DNA of 64,000 bases from Amia ocellicauda (lineage: Eukaryota), in NCBI RefSeq assembly GCF_036373705.1, contig NC_089863.1, positions 18,851,406 through 18,915,405 of the forward strand. Direction: 5' to 3'. Within the stretch, counting starts at the first letter, position 1. Each line of letters opens with the position of its first letter. Shown in pieces: positions 11,568 to 22,957 of the stretch. The translations under genes were made by a program, and so were the position numbers. The notes under the pieces were generated by a model, which worked only from the letters and a program-made list of their open reading frames with translations, was not told the DNA's origin and did not search any database.

Positions 11568-12410
11568 GTGGCCCCTATATTATACAATACAATACAATAC
11601 TATACTATACTATACTATACTATAGTCCACACAGCATTGGCTCCAGTCGGGCCCCTATACTATACTATACTATACTATACTACAGTCCACACAGTGCTGG
11701 CTCCAGTCTGGCCCCTATACTATACTATACTCCACACAGCATTGGCTCCATACTGGCCCCTATACTATACTATACTATACTATACTATACTACAGTCCAC
11801 ACAGTGCTGGCTCCAGTCTGGCCCCTATACTATACTATACTATACTATACTATACTATACTATACTACAGTCCACACAGTGCTGGCTCCAGTCTGGCCCC
11901 TATACTATACTATACTCCACACAGCATTGGCTCCATACTGGCCCCTATACTATACTATACTATACTACAGTCCACACAGTGCTGGCTCCAGTCTGGCCCT
12001 ATACTATACTATACTCCACACAGCATTGGCTCCATACTGGCCCCTATACTATACTATACTATACTACAGTCCACACAGTGCTGGCTCCAGTCTGGCCCCT
12101 ATACTATACTATACTATACTATACTATACTATACTATACTACAGTCCACACAGTGCTGGCTCCAGTCTGGCCCCTATACTATACTATACTATACTATACT
12201 ATACATACTATACTATACTATACTATACTACAGTCCACACAGTGCTGGCTCCAGTCTGGCCCCTATACTATACTATACTCCACACAGCATTGGCTCCATA
12301 CTGGCCCCTATACTATACTATACTATACTATACTATACTATACTACAGTCCACACAGCGCTGGCTCCAGTTTCTATGTCTTCTATCTCAATCTCTCAACA
12401 GATGTTAAAA
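11568..12410 (+). repeat. Compound minisatellite: (TATAC)n blocks alternating with an about 40-bp unit agtccacacagtgctggctccagtctggcccc
   Basis: Direct repeats are visible. ORFs 11568-12413 and 11804-12424 are repeat artefacts. The same unit recurs at 30895-30950 (rc) and 57700-57745. Confidence 0.9.
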
Positions 12411-12817
12411 TGACAATGAAATAAAAAATATAATACCTTTTCATTAAAGACAAGATATTAGATTAATACATTTGGTTTTAATAGAGAAGCAGGCAGACAG
12501 ACTATGTAGAGAGCCCTTGACAGACACAGACCATATAGACAGGTAGAGAGATACATAGAGAATCACACACTAAAATACAGATATACAGACACAACAGCCC
12601 AATGCGTGACTATCACTAGGAAGACCCGTGTTATATTAAGCGTGCATTATATAACTACTACTGCAAACAAAACCAGACAGACCGACCCCGAGAGCAGCAG
12701 GTAGCAGTGGACATACCAGAGGCAACGGCAATGGCGTGCTGCCCTCTAGCGGCACAGCCGGTTCCCTGCAGCCACAGTCACTGCCTCTCTCTCTCCCTCC
12801 CTCCTTCCCCGGCTCAC

Positions 12818-12949
12818 CTGCTCCTCGGTGCGCCCCTCCTGCCCCCGCAAGCGGTCGTACAGCCGGACAAACTCCTCGCTGTCCCCGGCCAGCACGCATC
12901 TCCCCAAAAGCGAGGCGTACGTCCTGCAGCTCCCCGCCGCAGCCTCCAT
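12818..12949 (-). CDS. First coding exon of an unidentified minus-strand gene (MEAAAGSCRTYASLLGRCVLAGDSEEFVRLYDRLRGQEGRTEEQ)
   Basis: ATG at 12949-12947, 44 codons, then a cag|GTGAGC donor at 12817. A CpG-rich promoter with two CREs lies immediately upstream. Confidence 0.35.
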
Positions 12950-13138
12950 AGCGCCACTTTGTCCTTTCCCCCACGGAGAAGCGCACAACTCGGTCGCAGT
13001 GGGTCGGGCTGGGCGCACTCGGGCTCGGCTCGGGTTGGTGCGCAGGCCGGGCGGCTCATCGGGTCCTGGGACGGTTAGGGGTTTGAATTTCGGAAAGTAA
13101 ACAAATACAAAAAACTCTGTCCGGCTGTTGGTGGAGCT

Positions 13139-13209
13139 TGACGTCACTGGGAAGCGCCGGTTGCTAAGGACGCCGCAGCGAGGTGTGTGGGCGCTTTCAT
13201 TTGACGTCA
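13139..13209. promoter_or_regulatory. Two perfect palindromic cAMP-response elements (TGACGTCA) 63 bp apart, about 190 and 253 bp upstream of the ATG at 12949
   Basis: tgacgtca at 13139-13146 and 13202-13209, within a CpG-rich segment 12950-13250. Confidence 0.5.
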
Positions 13210-13715
13210 TCGGATAGAAACTGATTAACATCAGCTGAAGTGTGTGCAGCCCTTTTACTTAGTAGTAGTTGGAAGGAGTGGATATTTGAATGTATAGGCT
13301 TTTTAGTGCATTTTATTATCACACATACACACACTACAACCCCTCAGAGTAAGACAGGTGCGACACAACGGGAAACAAGGACAGGGGCCCAGTGTATCGA
13401 AAGGCCTTTATTACAGAGCACAGCTGAGCCTTGTGCCCGAGGAACCCAGGCTTTAAAAATACATCTCTGAACAGCAATAGACAACAGTAGAAAATTATTA
13501 TTATTAATATTATAGTGCAGTTTCTGTACAAAGGTGTGGCGGACAGGGCAGTCCGAGCACATCAGCACGGGGCGTAGAGCAGGCAGGGTCAGGGGTCAGC
13601 ACTGAGGACAGGCCATTTTACACACGGGGGGTGACACACACTCTGACTGACTGACTGACACTGTGTCTGACTGACAGTGACTGAATGAGTGTGTCAGTCG
13701 GTGCGTGTCCGGCTC

Positions 13716-13906
13716 TCAGTCGCTCTCTGCGTCGTCACTGATGATGCCTTTCAGGTTGCTCCAGTCCGTCCCTCTCTTCTGCGCCCCGCCTCCGCCGCCA
13801 CCCTCACTGTCGGAGTCCGAATCGACGCAGCGCTGGTATCGGCCCTTGGCAGGCGACGCCGAGGGCCGGGGGGGCCACGCTGGTGCCGAACTGCGCCTGG
13901 GCCGTC
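13716..13906 (-). CDS. hirip3: HIRA-interacting protein 3, last coding exon (exon 8)
   Basis: ...PAWPPRPSASPAKGRYQRCVDSDSDSEGGGGGGAQKRGTDWSNLKGIISDDAESD* matches the human C-terminus ...TAWNP...LYRRTLDSDEE...DWSHMRGIISSDGESN. The acceptor is ctctctcag and the TGA stop is at 13718-13716. Confidence 0.85.
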
Positions 13907-14008
13907 CTGAGAGAGAGAGAGAGAGAGATTCAGAGTCTCAGAATGGCAGTATAACAGTGTGTCCATGTGTCAGCGTGTGGGGGCGTAACTGTGTCAGAGT
14001 GTCAGTAC

Positions 14009-14107
14009 CCTGCGTCTCGATGATGTTGTTGAGGTCCAGCTCGGCCACTTCCTGCGCTCTCTCCCTCCGCGCCCGTGCCTTCTTACACTTCTCAATGGAG
14101 GGGTTAT
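14009..14107 (-). CDS. hirip3: hirip3 exon 7
   Basis: (D)NPSIEKCKKARARRERAQEVAELDLNNIIETQ(G); ctatag acceptor and g|GTACTG donor. Confidence 0.85.
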
Positions 14108-14286
14108 CTATAGAGAGAGAGCGAGATCACTGAATTAACACACTGCAGTGTGGACACACACCAGTAAACACACGCGCAGTGCGGTACAGGACAGACACGC
14201 ACCAGAAAAGACAAGGGGAGAGAGAGGGAAGAACAAAATGAAAGAGCAAGGGTACAGCTCAGTACGGCACGGCTGCGCAGACTGAC

Positions 14287-14458
14287 CTTTGACCCCCAGC
14301 TCCTCCAGCGTCCTGCGCAGCACGCCGACCTTGGCCTTGACAGAGTGGCAGTCCTGCAGCAGCTGCTTGTAGTTCTTGCGCACGCCACAGAGGGCGATGT
14401 AGCGCTTCAGCCGCTGCACTGACTTGTGCTCCTCCTCTCGGCCCCCGGAGGACGACGT
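14287..14458 (-). CDS. hirip3: hirip3 exon 6 (conserved C-terminal domain)
   Basis: TSSSGGREEEHKSVQRLKRYIALCGVRKNYKQLLQDCHSVKAKVGVLRRTLEELGVK(G) matches human ...MRLKRYIRACGAHRNYKKLLGSC..ALGMKG. tgtag acceptor and g|GTCAGT donor. Confidence 0.85.
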
Positions 14459-14576
14459 CTACACACACACACGGCACGGGAGAGGGGTTACGGCACGGAC
14501 ACACACTGACTGACTGCACAGCAACACTACGACATGGGACCCGTTATAACAGCAATGGTACAATGAGCACACTCAC

Positions 14577-14743
14577 TTTCTTCCCCATCTTCCCTTCTTT
14601 CTCGGCGCTGCCCTTCTTTTTCGCACCCCCTCGCTGCGGGCCTGCCTTGCTCTCCTCCTCGTCCAGAGAAGGCAGGGAGGAGGAGTCGGAGTCTGATCCC
14701 TTCTGTTTCTTCTTCTCGTCCTCTTCCACACTTTCCTCCAACT
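14577..14743 (-). CDS. hirip3: hirip3 exon 5 (acidic/Ser-rich)
   Basis: (E)LEESVEEDEKKKQKGSDSDSSSLPSLDEEESKAGPQRGGAKKKGSAEKEGKMGKK; cag acceptor and aaa|GTGAGT donor. Confidence 0.75.
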
Positions 14744-14747
14744 CTGC

Positions 14748-14786
<39 letters not shown>

Positions 14787-14892
14787 AGAATGACCAGTCA
14801 GACACAGAGACAGGCTCTTATGATGTCCAGTCAGTCAGTGTGTCTGTACTAACCCCTGTATTAACCCCTGGAAGACACACTCTTTCACTCAC

Positions 14893-16245
14893 CATCTCCA
14901 TCGCTCTCCTCCTCTTTTCTCCCTCCTTTCTTCTTCTCTCCCTCTTTCATTCCATTCTGCCCTCCCTCTTCATCGCTCCCCGAGTCCCTCTGTTCTTCAT
15001 CTTCTTCGCTCTCTCTCTCGTGCGGTTTCGTTCCCATCTTCCTGGCTCTCCTCCCTCCCCCCTTTCCCTTGCTCTCGGTCTCTACATTTCCCTTCGTTGT
15101 CTTTTCCATCTGTTTCTCATCACTCTCTTCCTCGCTTTCTGACCCACTCTCTACCGCTACTGCCTTCTGTTTTACTCCCTTTGCCTTCCCTCTGCTATCC
15201 TGCTCTTCCTCGCTCTCAGACTCACTCTCTACCTCTATTGCCTTGTGTTTCGCTCCCTTCTTCATCTGAACTCTCTTCCCCTTCTCTTCCTCGCTCTCAG
15301 ACTCACTCTCTACCTCTATTGCCTTCTGTTTCGCTCCCTTCTTCATCTGTCCTCTCTTCCCCTTCTCTTCCTCGCTCTCCAGCTCACTCTCTACCTCTAT
15401 TGCCTTTTGTTTCGTTCCCTTCTTCATCTGTCCTCTCTTCCCCTTCTCTTCCTCGCTCTCCGGCTCACTCTCTACCTCTATTGCCTTTTGTTTCGCTCCC
15501 TTCTTCATCTGTCCTCTCTTCCCCTTCTCTTCCTCGCTCTCCGGCTCACTCTCTACCTCTATTGCCTTTTGTTTCGTTCCCTTCTTCATCTGTCCTCTCT
15601 TCCCCTTCTCTTCCTCGCTCTCCGGCTCACTCTCTACCTCTATTGCCTTTTGTTTCGTTCCCTTCTTCATCTGTCCTCTCTTCCCCTTCTCTTCCTCGCT
15701 CTCCGGCTCACTCTCTACCTCTATTGCCTTGTGTTTTGCTCCCTTTGCCTTCCCTCTGCTATCCTGCTCTTCCTCGCTCTCAGACTCACTCTCTACCTCT
15801 ATTGCCTTGTATTTTGCTCCTCTCTTCCCCTTCTCTTCCTCGCTCTCCGGCTCACTCTCTACCTCTATTGCCTTGTGTTTTGCTCCCTTCTTCATCTGTC
15901 CTCTCTTCCCCTTCTCTTCCTCGCTCTCCGGCTCACTCTCTACCTCTATTGCCTTGTTTTTTGCTCCCTTCTTCATCTGTCCTCTCTTCCCCTTCTCTTC
16001 CTCGCTCTCCGGCTCACTCTCTACCTCTATTGCCTTGTTTTTTGCTCCCTTCTTCATCTGTCCTCTCTTCCCCTTCTCTTCCTCGCTCTCCGGCTCACTC
16101 TCTACCTCTATTGCCTTGTTTTTTGCTCCCTTCTTCATCTGTCCTCTCTTCCCCTTCTCTTCCTCGCTCTCCGGCTCACTCTCTACCTCTATTGGCTTCT
16201 GTTGCTTCCCCCTCCCTGCACGCTCAATGCCAGAGTCCGGGGAAT
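14893..16245 (-). CDS. hirip3: hirip3 exon 4: a 1.35-kb exon containing about 13 near-identical 78-bp (26-aa) tandem coding repeats AIEVESEPESEEEKGKRGQMKKGAKNK
   Basis: Open minus frame throughout. ttctcag acceptor (16248-16246) and gat g|GTGAGT donor (14892). Exon phases are consistent with exons 3 and 5. Confidence 0.8.
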
Positions 16246-16724
16246 CTGAGAAGAGAACAAACAACCGACGAGCAAAATGATTAAGACAGATGTAAGTGCA
16301 AACAAAGAGAAAACTCCGGACGCAGATAGAGAGACCAGGAGAGACGCGCGGATATGGGGGGGATCACCGTCAAAAAGATGAATATGCCTAAAAAGAATGT
16401 GTACTTCTATTTGTGATTTGTACCTGCATTTACTAGAACAAATCTGAAAATTACGGGTACAAATCGCATTCTTGTGAGTTACAGCGTTAAATCACTGTCT
16501 AACACACGTCACAAAGGTCCCAGGCTGGGACTGTGGGCCAATCGATGAGGACGGGACTGTGCACGGCTCAGCTACGGAAACCCAGCGGTGTGACATGCGA
16601 ACGCTCGAGAGAAATGCCGATGCCCGTGCCGTTTTTGGTGCATTTTAATAAATCGACGCCATTCTGGCCAAACTGCCGATTCTATATGCTAATTGTAAAA
16701 CCAAAGTACAGACCGAACAGTCCA

Positions 16725-16990
16725 GTCTTCCAAAATATGCATAGCGAGTTTTTCAGATCAGCAGGGACACACGGACCCGGGGACACAAATGGAAATTGGG
16801 CTTCAAGGCATTCGAGACAGAAAACAGGAGACACTTCTTCACACAGAGAGGCGTCACAATCTGAACAAACTCCCCAGCGATGTGTTAGAAGCTGAAAGTT
16901 TGGGAACATTTAAAAATAGACGGGATAGGATCCTTGCATCACTTAGATATTAATGAACACCAGACGAGCACGATGGGTCGAATGGCCTCC
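16725..16990 (+). repeat. SINE-like interspersed repeat (about 260 bp), copy A, in hirip3 intron 3
   Basis: About 85% identical to 55420-55700 (+) and to the reverse complement of 19735-19965. The shared 3' end is ...aatggcctcctctcgtttgtaaactt. Confidence 0.6.
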
Positions 16991-18005
16991 TCTCGTTTGT
17001 AAACTTTCTTATGTTCTTATGTGGAAACCTTGCAAAGATGTTGTAGAAACTTTATGGTAAAAATAAAAATGATGGAATATTGTAAAAATAAATAAAAATA
17101 AACACAAACAAAATAGTTTTAAATTGGATGTATAAAGATTATAACACCATGACATTTAATAGTTGATGTAATAATCTTTATGCATCCAATTAAAAATGAT
17201 TGTTTGTGTAGGTTAGTTTACTTTCTATTGAATGATTCCATATTTTGTTATCTTAAAGTTTCTACAAAATATCTGCAAGATTTCCACTTGATAGACCGAC
17301 CAGAGTTTCAAAATTAGAAACCGGGACATATGGAATATTTATAAAATAATAATAACGAAATCACTTCAAATTATGGTATGTGTTTAAAAAGAGTGTTAAT
17401 TCCCAGATGTCTTATTTCTGCAGGGTGAATGTGCCCGTCATTTGTCAAATTCTTGGTTTCACGGGCAGCTGCACGTCTCTGGGCGCACAACTCAGCTCTC
17501 AGTGCCTCGTGTCTCCGCTGTCATCCAGAAAACCCTCTCTAGCAGCATCACCGGATTAAATGCAAGTACAAGTTATGAGGGTTTACCAATATCAGTAAAA
17601 CGTTCACTTCTTCGTGTGATCGATCACATAAATCACGCCGTGTCTATTCTAAAGGTTTGAAGAGTTTTAAGTGAGTCTGAACAAGGGAATGCTAAAAACC
17701 GGGACGTGTAAATGATTTTGAGAGAATTGTCGGGACACCGGGACATTTAATTCAAATCCAGGACGTATGGTCACCCTAAAAAGAGCCATTACTTCTCAAA
17801 AGACAGGGCGGAGGGTTTGGTTTGCGAGCCCTGCACATGCGTAGTCTTTACAATAGCATTAGCATTGTGACAAGACAGGCACTGACTTATTAAGAGAGAC
17901 GCAAAGCCGTCAATTTCGAGACACACAGACTGTCAGACACACGCAGACAGGTGCCAAGACAGACACTCTCAGAGACAACACACACACACACACACACAGA
18001 CCGAC

Positions 18006-18144
18006 CTGGATCAGAGGGAGCCCGTCGAGACTTCTTCCTGCACTCCTCCTCTCCCTCGCTCTCCCCTCTCTTGCGCTTGGGGGCGCGGGCGGAGGACGAG
18101 ACCAGTTTAATGAGCGGCTCGTCGTCATCGCTGCTGTCGCTGCC
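18006..18144 (-). CDS. hirip3: hirip3 exon 3
   Basis: GSDSSDDDEPLIKLVSSSARAPKRKRGESEGEEECRKKSRRAPSDP(g) matches human ..KRPPTPCSDPERKRFRFNSESESGSE; ctttcag acceptor. Confidence 0.8.
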
Positions 18145-18260
18145 CTGAAAGCGAGAGAGAGGCGCAGGGGTTGACACAGCACAGACACCGACTGCCTGGC
18201 GCTGCCACACACACTGTCGCTGCACTCCTTGTCCCCAGCGATGAAGACCCTCCCGCCCAC

Positions 18261-18381
18261 CTGCATGTTCAGCAGCTCCTCCTCCACGATTCGCTTCAGC
18301 AGCTGCCGCTCGTCTTTGCTCAGCGAGTCAGAGCCACAGTGGCACAGGTAGCGCTCCCGGATTATGGCCTGAGTGAGCTTG
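18261..18381 (-). CDS. hirip3: hirip3 exon 2
   Basis: (S)KLTQAIIRERYLCHCGSDSLSKDERQLLKRIVEEELLNMQ matches human LSTLTHSIVRRRYLAHSG..EEKQALKRLVEEELLKMQ; cccgcag acceptor and cag|GTGGGC donor. Confidence 0.85.
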
Positions 18382-19277
18382 CTGCGGGAACAATGACAAT
18401 CACAACAATCTCAACAACGCATGTGGAACTATTATATGAACTCTTATCATAAACACTGCTAGCAGGATCGGGATTCAAATGACTATTAGCAAATTATTAT
18501 TTTGAATCATAGTAGTAGCAGAAGTTAGTAGCAGTAGTGCAGATACTAGTGGTAGACGATTAGTAGTAGTAGTAGCAGTGCTATAGCAAGTACTTCAGTG
18601 GAATGGCGTCACTGAAACTACATTCTGAAACGGGCCTCCTGCGTGGAGAAAGCTGATCACAGAGGTGCTCTACCGAGGATAGAGAGACGCAGGGAACAAG
18701 CCGCCTATAGTCGCAATATAAGCTGCAGTCGCACAGCAGTAGTAAAATCCGTTCCAGTATCTTAGCGGAGTAGTAACCAACTAAAAACCCCTACTAAGAG
18801 CAGTAGTAGTAGCAGAAATGTCGCTCCGATATAAGTAGCAGGTTCCACAGTAGTAGTAGTAGTAGTAGTAGTAGTAAGGTAGTGTCAGGGTATATAGTAG
18901 TAGCAGTAACTATACCCCCAACAGAAGCACTACAAACAATCCAGGGACAACATGATTGTATTAGTGGCAGTGTATGCAGCCTGTTAGGAGCAGTAGTAGT
19001 AGTAGTAGAGTAGTGGCAGGAGAAGATGTAGCTGCAGATGCACGCAGAGCTGTAACAGCAGGCTGAGTAGCAGTATTAGCAGTGCATGCAAGGACCTACT
19101 ACTACTCATCACACACCTCCCCATCACAGGGTCGATGCGACATGCAACATACAAGACACGAGTCACTTTCTCCTCCTCAGGAAATACACAGTGCAGCAGC
19201 TACACGGACGCCCGGCCTCGCTGCGGGTGTAGGCTGGGCTGGAGGCGCTCATGGCGGTGTGCGGCTCGTCCTGCTAC

Positions 19278-19342
19278 CTGAGGTCCGGACTCCGCCGCAG
19301 CTCCCGGGACACGAAGCGCCGGATCCGGGTCTCCGCCGACAT
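19278..19342 (-). CDS. hirip3: hirip3 exon 1 (start codon)
   Basis: ATG 19342-19340: MSAETRIRRFVSRELRRSPDL(ag) matches human ..FTRSFFRGRPDLS; ag|GTAGCA donor. Confidence 0.75.
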
Positions 19343-19734
19343 GCCGTCTCCTCCGCGCTTCAGCCACTGGCGGGACAAGCGCGGCGGCGCGCACGCCAGC
19401 ACGCAAACACCAGGGGCGGGGCTCCGTACGTGTGCCGTGCGCGCTCTCGGAAACCATCTCTGGCACGTCAGCGTGGGGGCAGTTGATCACAGAGGTGCTC
19501 TACTGAGGCTGGAGGCAGAGCGTACTTATTTCGGTTGTAATCCGCATAATAATTAGGCCAAAATGTCGTCAGCCTTTATTGGTGGTCAGTCTAACCCCAG
19601 GAAATGATCAACAAATATCCGTGTTTACAATACCAGGCCCCATCAACACACGAAACTGATACTGATTGTGCTGATTAAGAACATAAAAACATTAGAAAGA
19701 TTACAAACAAGAGGAGGCCATTTTACCCATGGTG

Positions 19735-19965
19735 CCCATTTGATAACTAAGTGATCCAAGGATCCTATCCAGTCTATTGTTAAATGTTCCCATGTTCTAC
19801 CACATCGCTGGGGAGTTTGTTCAGATTGTGACGCCTCTCTGTGTGAAGAAGTGTCTCCTGCTTTCTGTCTTGAATGCCTTGAAGCCCAATTTCCATTTGT
19901 GTCCCCGGGTGCGTGTGTCCCTGCTGATCTGGAAAAGCTCCTCTGGTTTGATGTGGTCGATGCCC
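19735..19965 (-). repeat. SINE-like interspersed repeat, copy C, in the hirip3-kctd13 intergenic region
   Basis: Reverse-complement alignment to copies A and B. Confidence 0.55.
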
Positions 19966-21477
19966 TTCATGATTAAAGAAACCCGATTAAAATAACTAGG
20001 TTCATCCCCAGCAAAAATAATAATGAAAGTACCCCAATAATATAAAGAAAGAATTAAATATGAACGGATGATTGTATTACAAACAAAGGGAAATCAATGA
20101 TATGTGAACAATAACCAAATACAGAATAGGAACAATATAAAGGGAATAATAAGTAAAAATATCCCACTGCACACACAACACACACACTCTCACATACACT
20201 GACAATCACCCACACAAACCCGTTGTGCAGCCTATATCACAATGCCATCCAGCGTTTTCATTTCTATTTGTTCGTTGTAAATTCTTGTCTACGAAATTGT
20301 TGCTCCTGTCATCGTATTTGTATGAGCAGGGCTGCCACCTTTCCCAGGAAACGATTGTCGTACTGACCACGCCACATCTCGAATTATGGAAAAAAAAATA
20401 GATGACATGATGTAGGACATTTTTTTCTTCTTGCTTTTCCTAGATTAGTTGAGTTTCTCTTTTTGTAATCAATACTAATAGAACTAATCCGAATAAGCAC
20501 CAGTAGGTGTGTTTTTTAGCTCACACTTAAAAGAAAAGGGCACAAATCCCTAATGCAGTCATGTTGGCACACCCCACACGTTGAGACCAAAGGGACCTAT
20601 AGAATATAAAACACCCGTTATATTAGCGCACACACACAGACACAATAGTAAGAAAAGCAGCTGCAGTTTATTGTAAAGGTTTCAGACTCACAGTGATACA
20701 AAACACATAAGTGCTGCCCAGCTCAAGTTCAGTCACTCACTGGCATTGGTTCGCTGCTTGTTGGTTCTGGGTTGGCACCTGTGAACTGGGCCAATGCTGG
20801 GCCACTAATGCCAACACCTACTCCTCTTTACAAAGTGTCAGTTGGGTAATGCATCACTCCGTCAGTCAGTCAGTCAGTCAGTCAGTGTATCAGTGCAATT
20901 GATCAGTGTTATTTATCAGGACCCAATCGCAGGGCAGCCAACATGTACCAACGCTCAGCCAACTCAGCCACCTGGGACAAATTCCTCCCCCCCGCCCACC
21001 CAAAAAGTACCAAAATATAAAAGGAAAATTCAAGACAATAAATTAAGCACAATTCATAAAAAAAAAAAAAAAAAACATTGTCAAGACAACAGTAATAATT
21101 ACATAAATAATTACAACACAAATTCCAGTTTTAAATTAAATGGCCTTTTCAGCAGACCAAGGACTCCAGTTTCCCAAAACAGTGTCGTGTATCATTTTGT
21201 GCCAATCCCTCAGTTCTCTCTCTCTCTCATATTGTGAGTATTACATAGAGACTCTGTTTGAGGGGGGAAGAGGAAAGAGAGAGAGAGGTGTGGAAGAGAT
21301 GAGGACAGAGAGGGATGAGACAAGGACAGAGAGAGAGAGGGGGGGGATGAGAGGAGGACAGAGAAGAGAACTGGGCAGAGATACAAACAATGTGATTTTC
21401 ATACATTATAAATAACTTAAAATTAACATAAAGCGGAACTGTAAACAACCTTGTACAAAGATCCCTCCCTCCCTCCC

Positions 21478-21729
21478 TCAGTCCTTATACACAGTCTGCT
21501 GCCCGTGTCCTCTCTCGTCCGTCATGATGTGTCTGCGGACGTGGATCCGCCGCACCCGCCGGTCCCCGCCCCCGGCCCCGCCCCCTTCCTCCTCCGACTG
21601 CAGGCCGCCCGGCGACGAGCCGGCGCCCGAGTCCAGCATGGCCGAGGACACGCCCCCGGGGCCACGCCCGCTCTCGTAGATCAGGATGTTCAGGGTCTCC
21701 TCGAAGATACGAGCCTCCGGGAACTCCAC
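21478..21729 (-). CDS. kctd13: KCTD13 (BACURD1) exon 6, C-terminal, with stop
   Basis: VEFPEARIFEETLNILIYESGRGPGG...DRRVRRIHVRRHIMTDERGHGQQTVYKD* matches human KCTD13 ...RRVRRIHVRRHITHDERPHGQQIVFKD; ctctctcag acceptor. Confidence 0.9.
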   Translation of the reverse strand: MEFPEARIFEETLNILIYESGRGPGGVSSAMLDSGAGSSPGGLQSEEEGGGAGGGDRRVRRIHVRRHIMTDERGHGQQTVYKD

Positions 21730-21799
21730 CTGAGAGAGAGAGGGATTAATACGATACAAAAACACTGACCGACAGAGAGAGGGAGAGGCCGAGACTCAC

Positions 21800-21995
21800 C
21801 TTGGTCTGCTTCTTCTCGGTGGCGTAGACGATGGAGGTGCAGCACACCTCGGCAATCTTGCGCCCCTCCCCGTAGAAGGACCAGCAGCAGATCTCGTCCC
21901 CCAGGACGTCACGCGCGAACAGCACCCGCCCGTTGAAGCGCAGGCCCAGCTTGTCGAACAGCTCGATGTTCTTCAGCAGGTTGTCGTCCGAGTTA
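21800..21995 (-). CDS. kctd13: kctd13 exon 5
   Basis: [66 protein letters not shown]; aag|GTGAGT donor. Confidence 0.9.
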
Positions 21996-22128
21996 CTGAG
22001 AGAGAGAGAGAGGGTGGTGGGGGGTTAATATGGGATAGATGCAGTGACTGACTGATAGCTACGAAGCAGCGGGACAGAGAGGGACAGGGGGAAGGACCGG
22101 AGACACAGACGACACAGACGCACCGTAC

Positions 22129-22181
22129 CTGGTGTAGGAGTATTTGTTGTTGCCTCGGTTGTGTTGCAGCTTCACCACAGG
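22129..22181 (-). CDS. kctd13: kctd13 exon 4
   Basis: PVVKLQHNRGNNKYSYT(ag); ttttcag acceptor and ag|GTACGG donor. Confidence 0.85.
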
Positions 22182-22867
22182 CTGAAAAGCAGAACACACA
22201 CAAACCAGTCAATCACAGTGGCCTGCCCCCCCGTCTCCTCTTCTTGCTCGCTCAGACATTTTGTATGCTGCGAACTACTGTATCCCACAGCGTGTTATTG
22301 AAAAAAAGAAAAAAAGCTACCATCTTCTACAAGGCAAAGGCATAAAGCGACGGGATACAAGAGTTGTGTATTTATTTGTATTTTTTAATCAAATCGGCAC
22401 TGTTGTACACATTGGCTGCTTGAATACAACTGTTTATTTCTACCGGTGAAAGTGTCTGGATTGCTCTAAACGTGCTCATCTGCCCCGTCTCTTTCGCCGA
22501 CTCGAAGTCGACTCTCTGGCACCGGTTGATGACATCATGAATGTGGCGTTTCATTTTAAAAGCATGATATCATCTACAGGTATGTTCAGCCTGCATCTTG
22601 GTAGAGGACCATTAGATATTACAATTGGTCCCCCCCCCCAGTCCATGCTGAGCAGGTCACAATTGGCATCCATGTTGTTTGCAATGTTCATGGGGAGTCT
22701 CGCTAGCTGCGAGAGATACAGTCTGCCGTCCTCTACAGGCGTGTTCAGATTTGGTCTCCTTGGAGGAACAGGAAGTCCAGCTGGAAATTGTATCCCACCC
22801 ACCCACTGGGCTGGGCTGGGCTGGGCTGAGCAGAGGATCATGGGAAATGCTGCAGCCGGTCTCTCAC

Positions 22868-22957
22868 CTTCTTGCAGGAGGCAATCATCCTCTGCTCCTC
22901 CTTGGGCGAGGTGATCATGGGGATCCGGCAGACGGCCTCGTAGCCCTCCGCCCGCTT
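22868..22957 (-). CDS. kctd13: kctd13 exon 3
   Basis: KRAEGYEAVCRIPMITSPKEEQRMIASCKK; ctctgcag acceptor and aag|GTGAGA donor. Confidence 0.85.

Noticed and set aside
11568-12424. 281- and 206-aa plus-strand ORFs (YYTILYYT...)
   Set aside because: Translation of the (TATAC)n compound minisatellite.
12818-12949. Identification of this exon as INO80E (the expected hirip3 neighbour)
   Set aside because: It lacks the highly conserved INO80E N-terminal coiled-coil (DYKKKYRNLKRKLKFL...), and its orientation is tail-to-head with hirip3 rather than the head-to-head arrangement seen in human. It is left unassigned.
15097-16284. 395-, 334- and 183-aa plus-strand ORFs
   Set aside because: They are the antisense strand of the hirip3 repeat exon. 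The periodic peptides mirror the 78-bp repeat. The minus frame is the conserved one (HIRIP3 homology, consistent splice phases).
22537-22914. 125-aa plus ORF and 96-aa minus ORF inside kctd13
   Set aside because: They lie in kctd13 intron 3 or antisense to exon 3. The real exon 3 (22868-22957, minus) is in a different frame, supported by KCTD13 homology.
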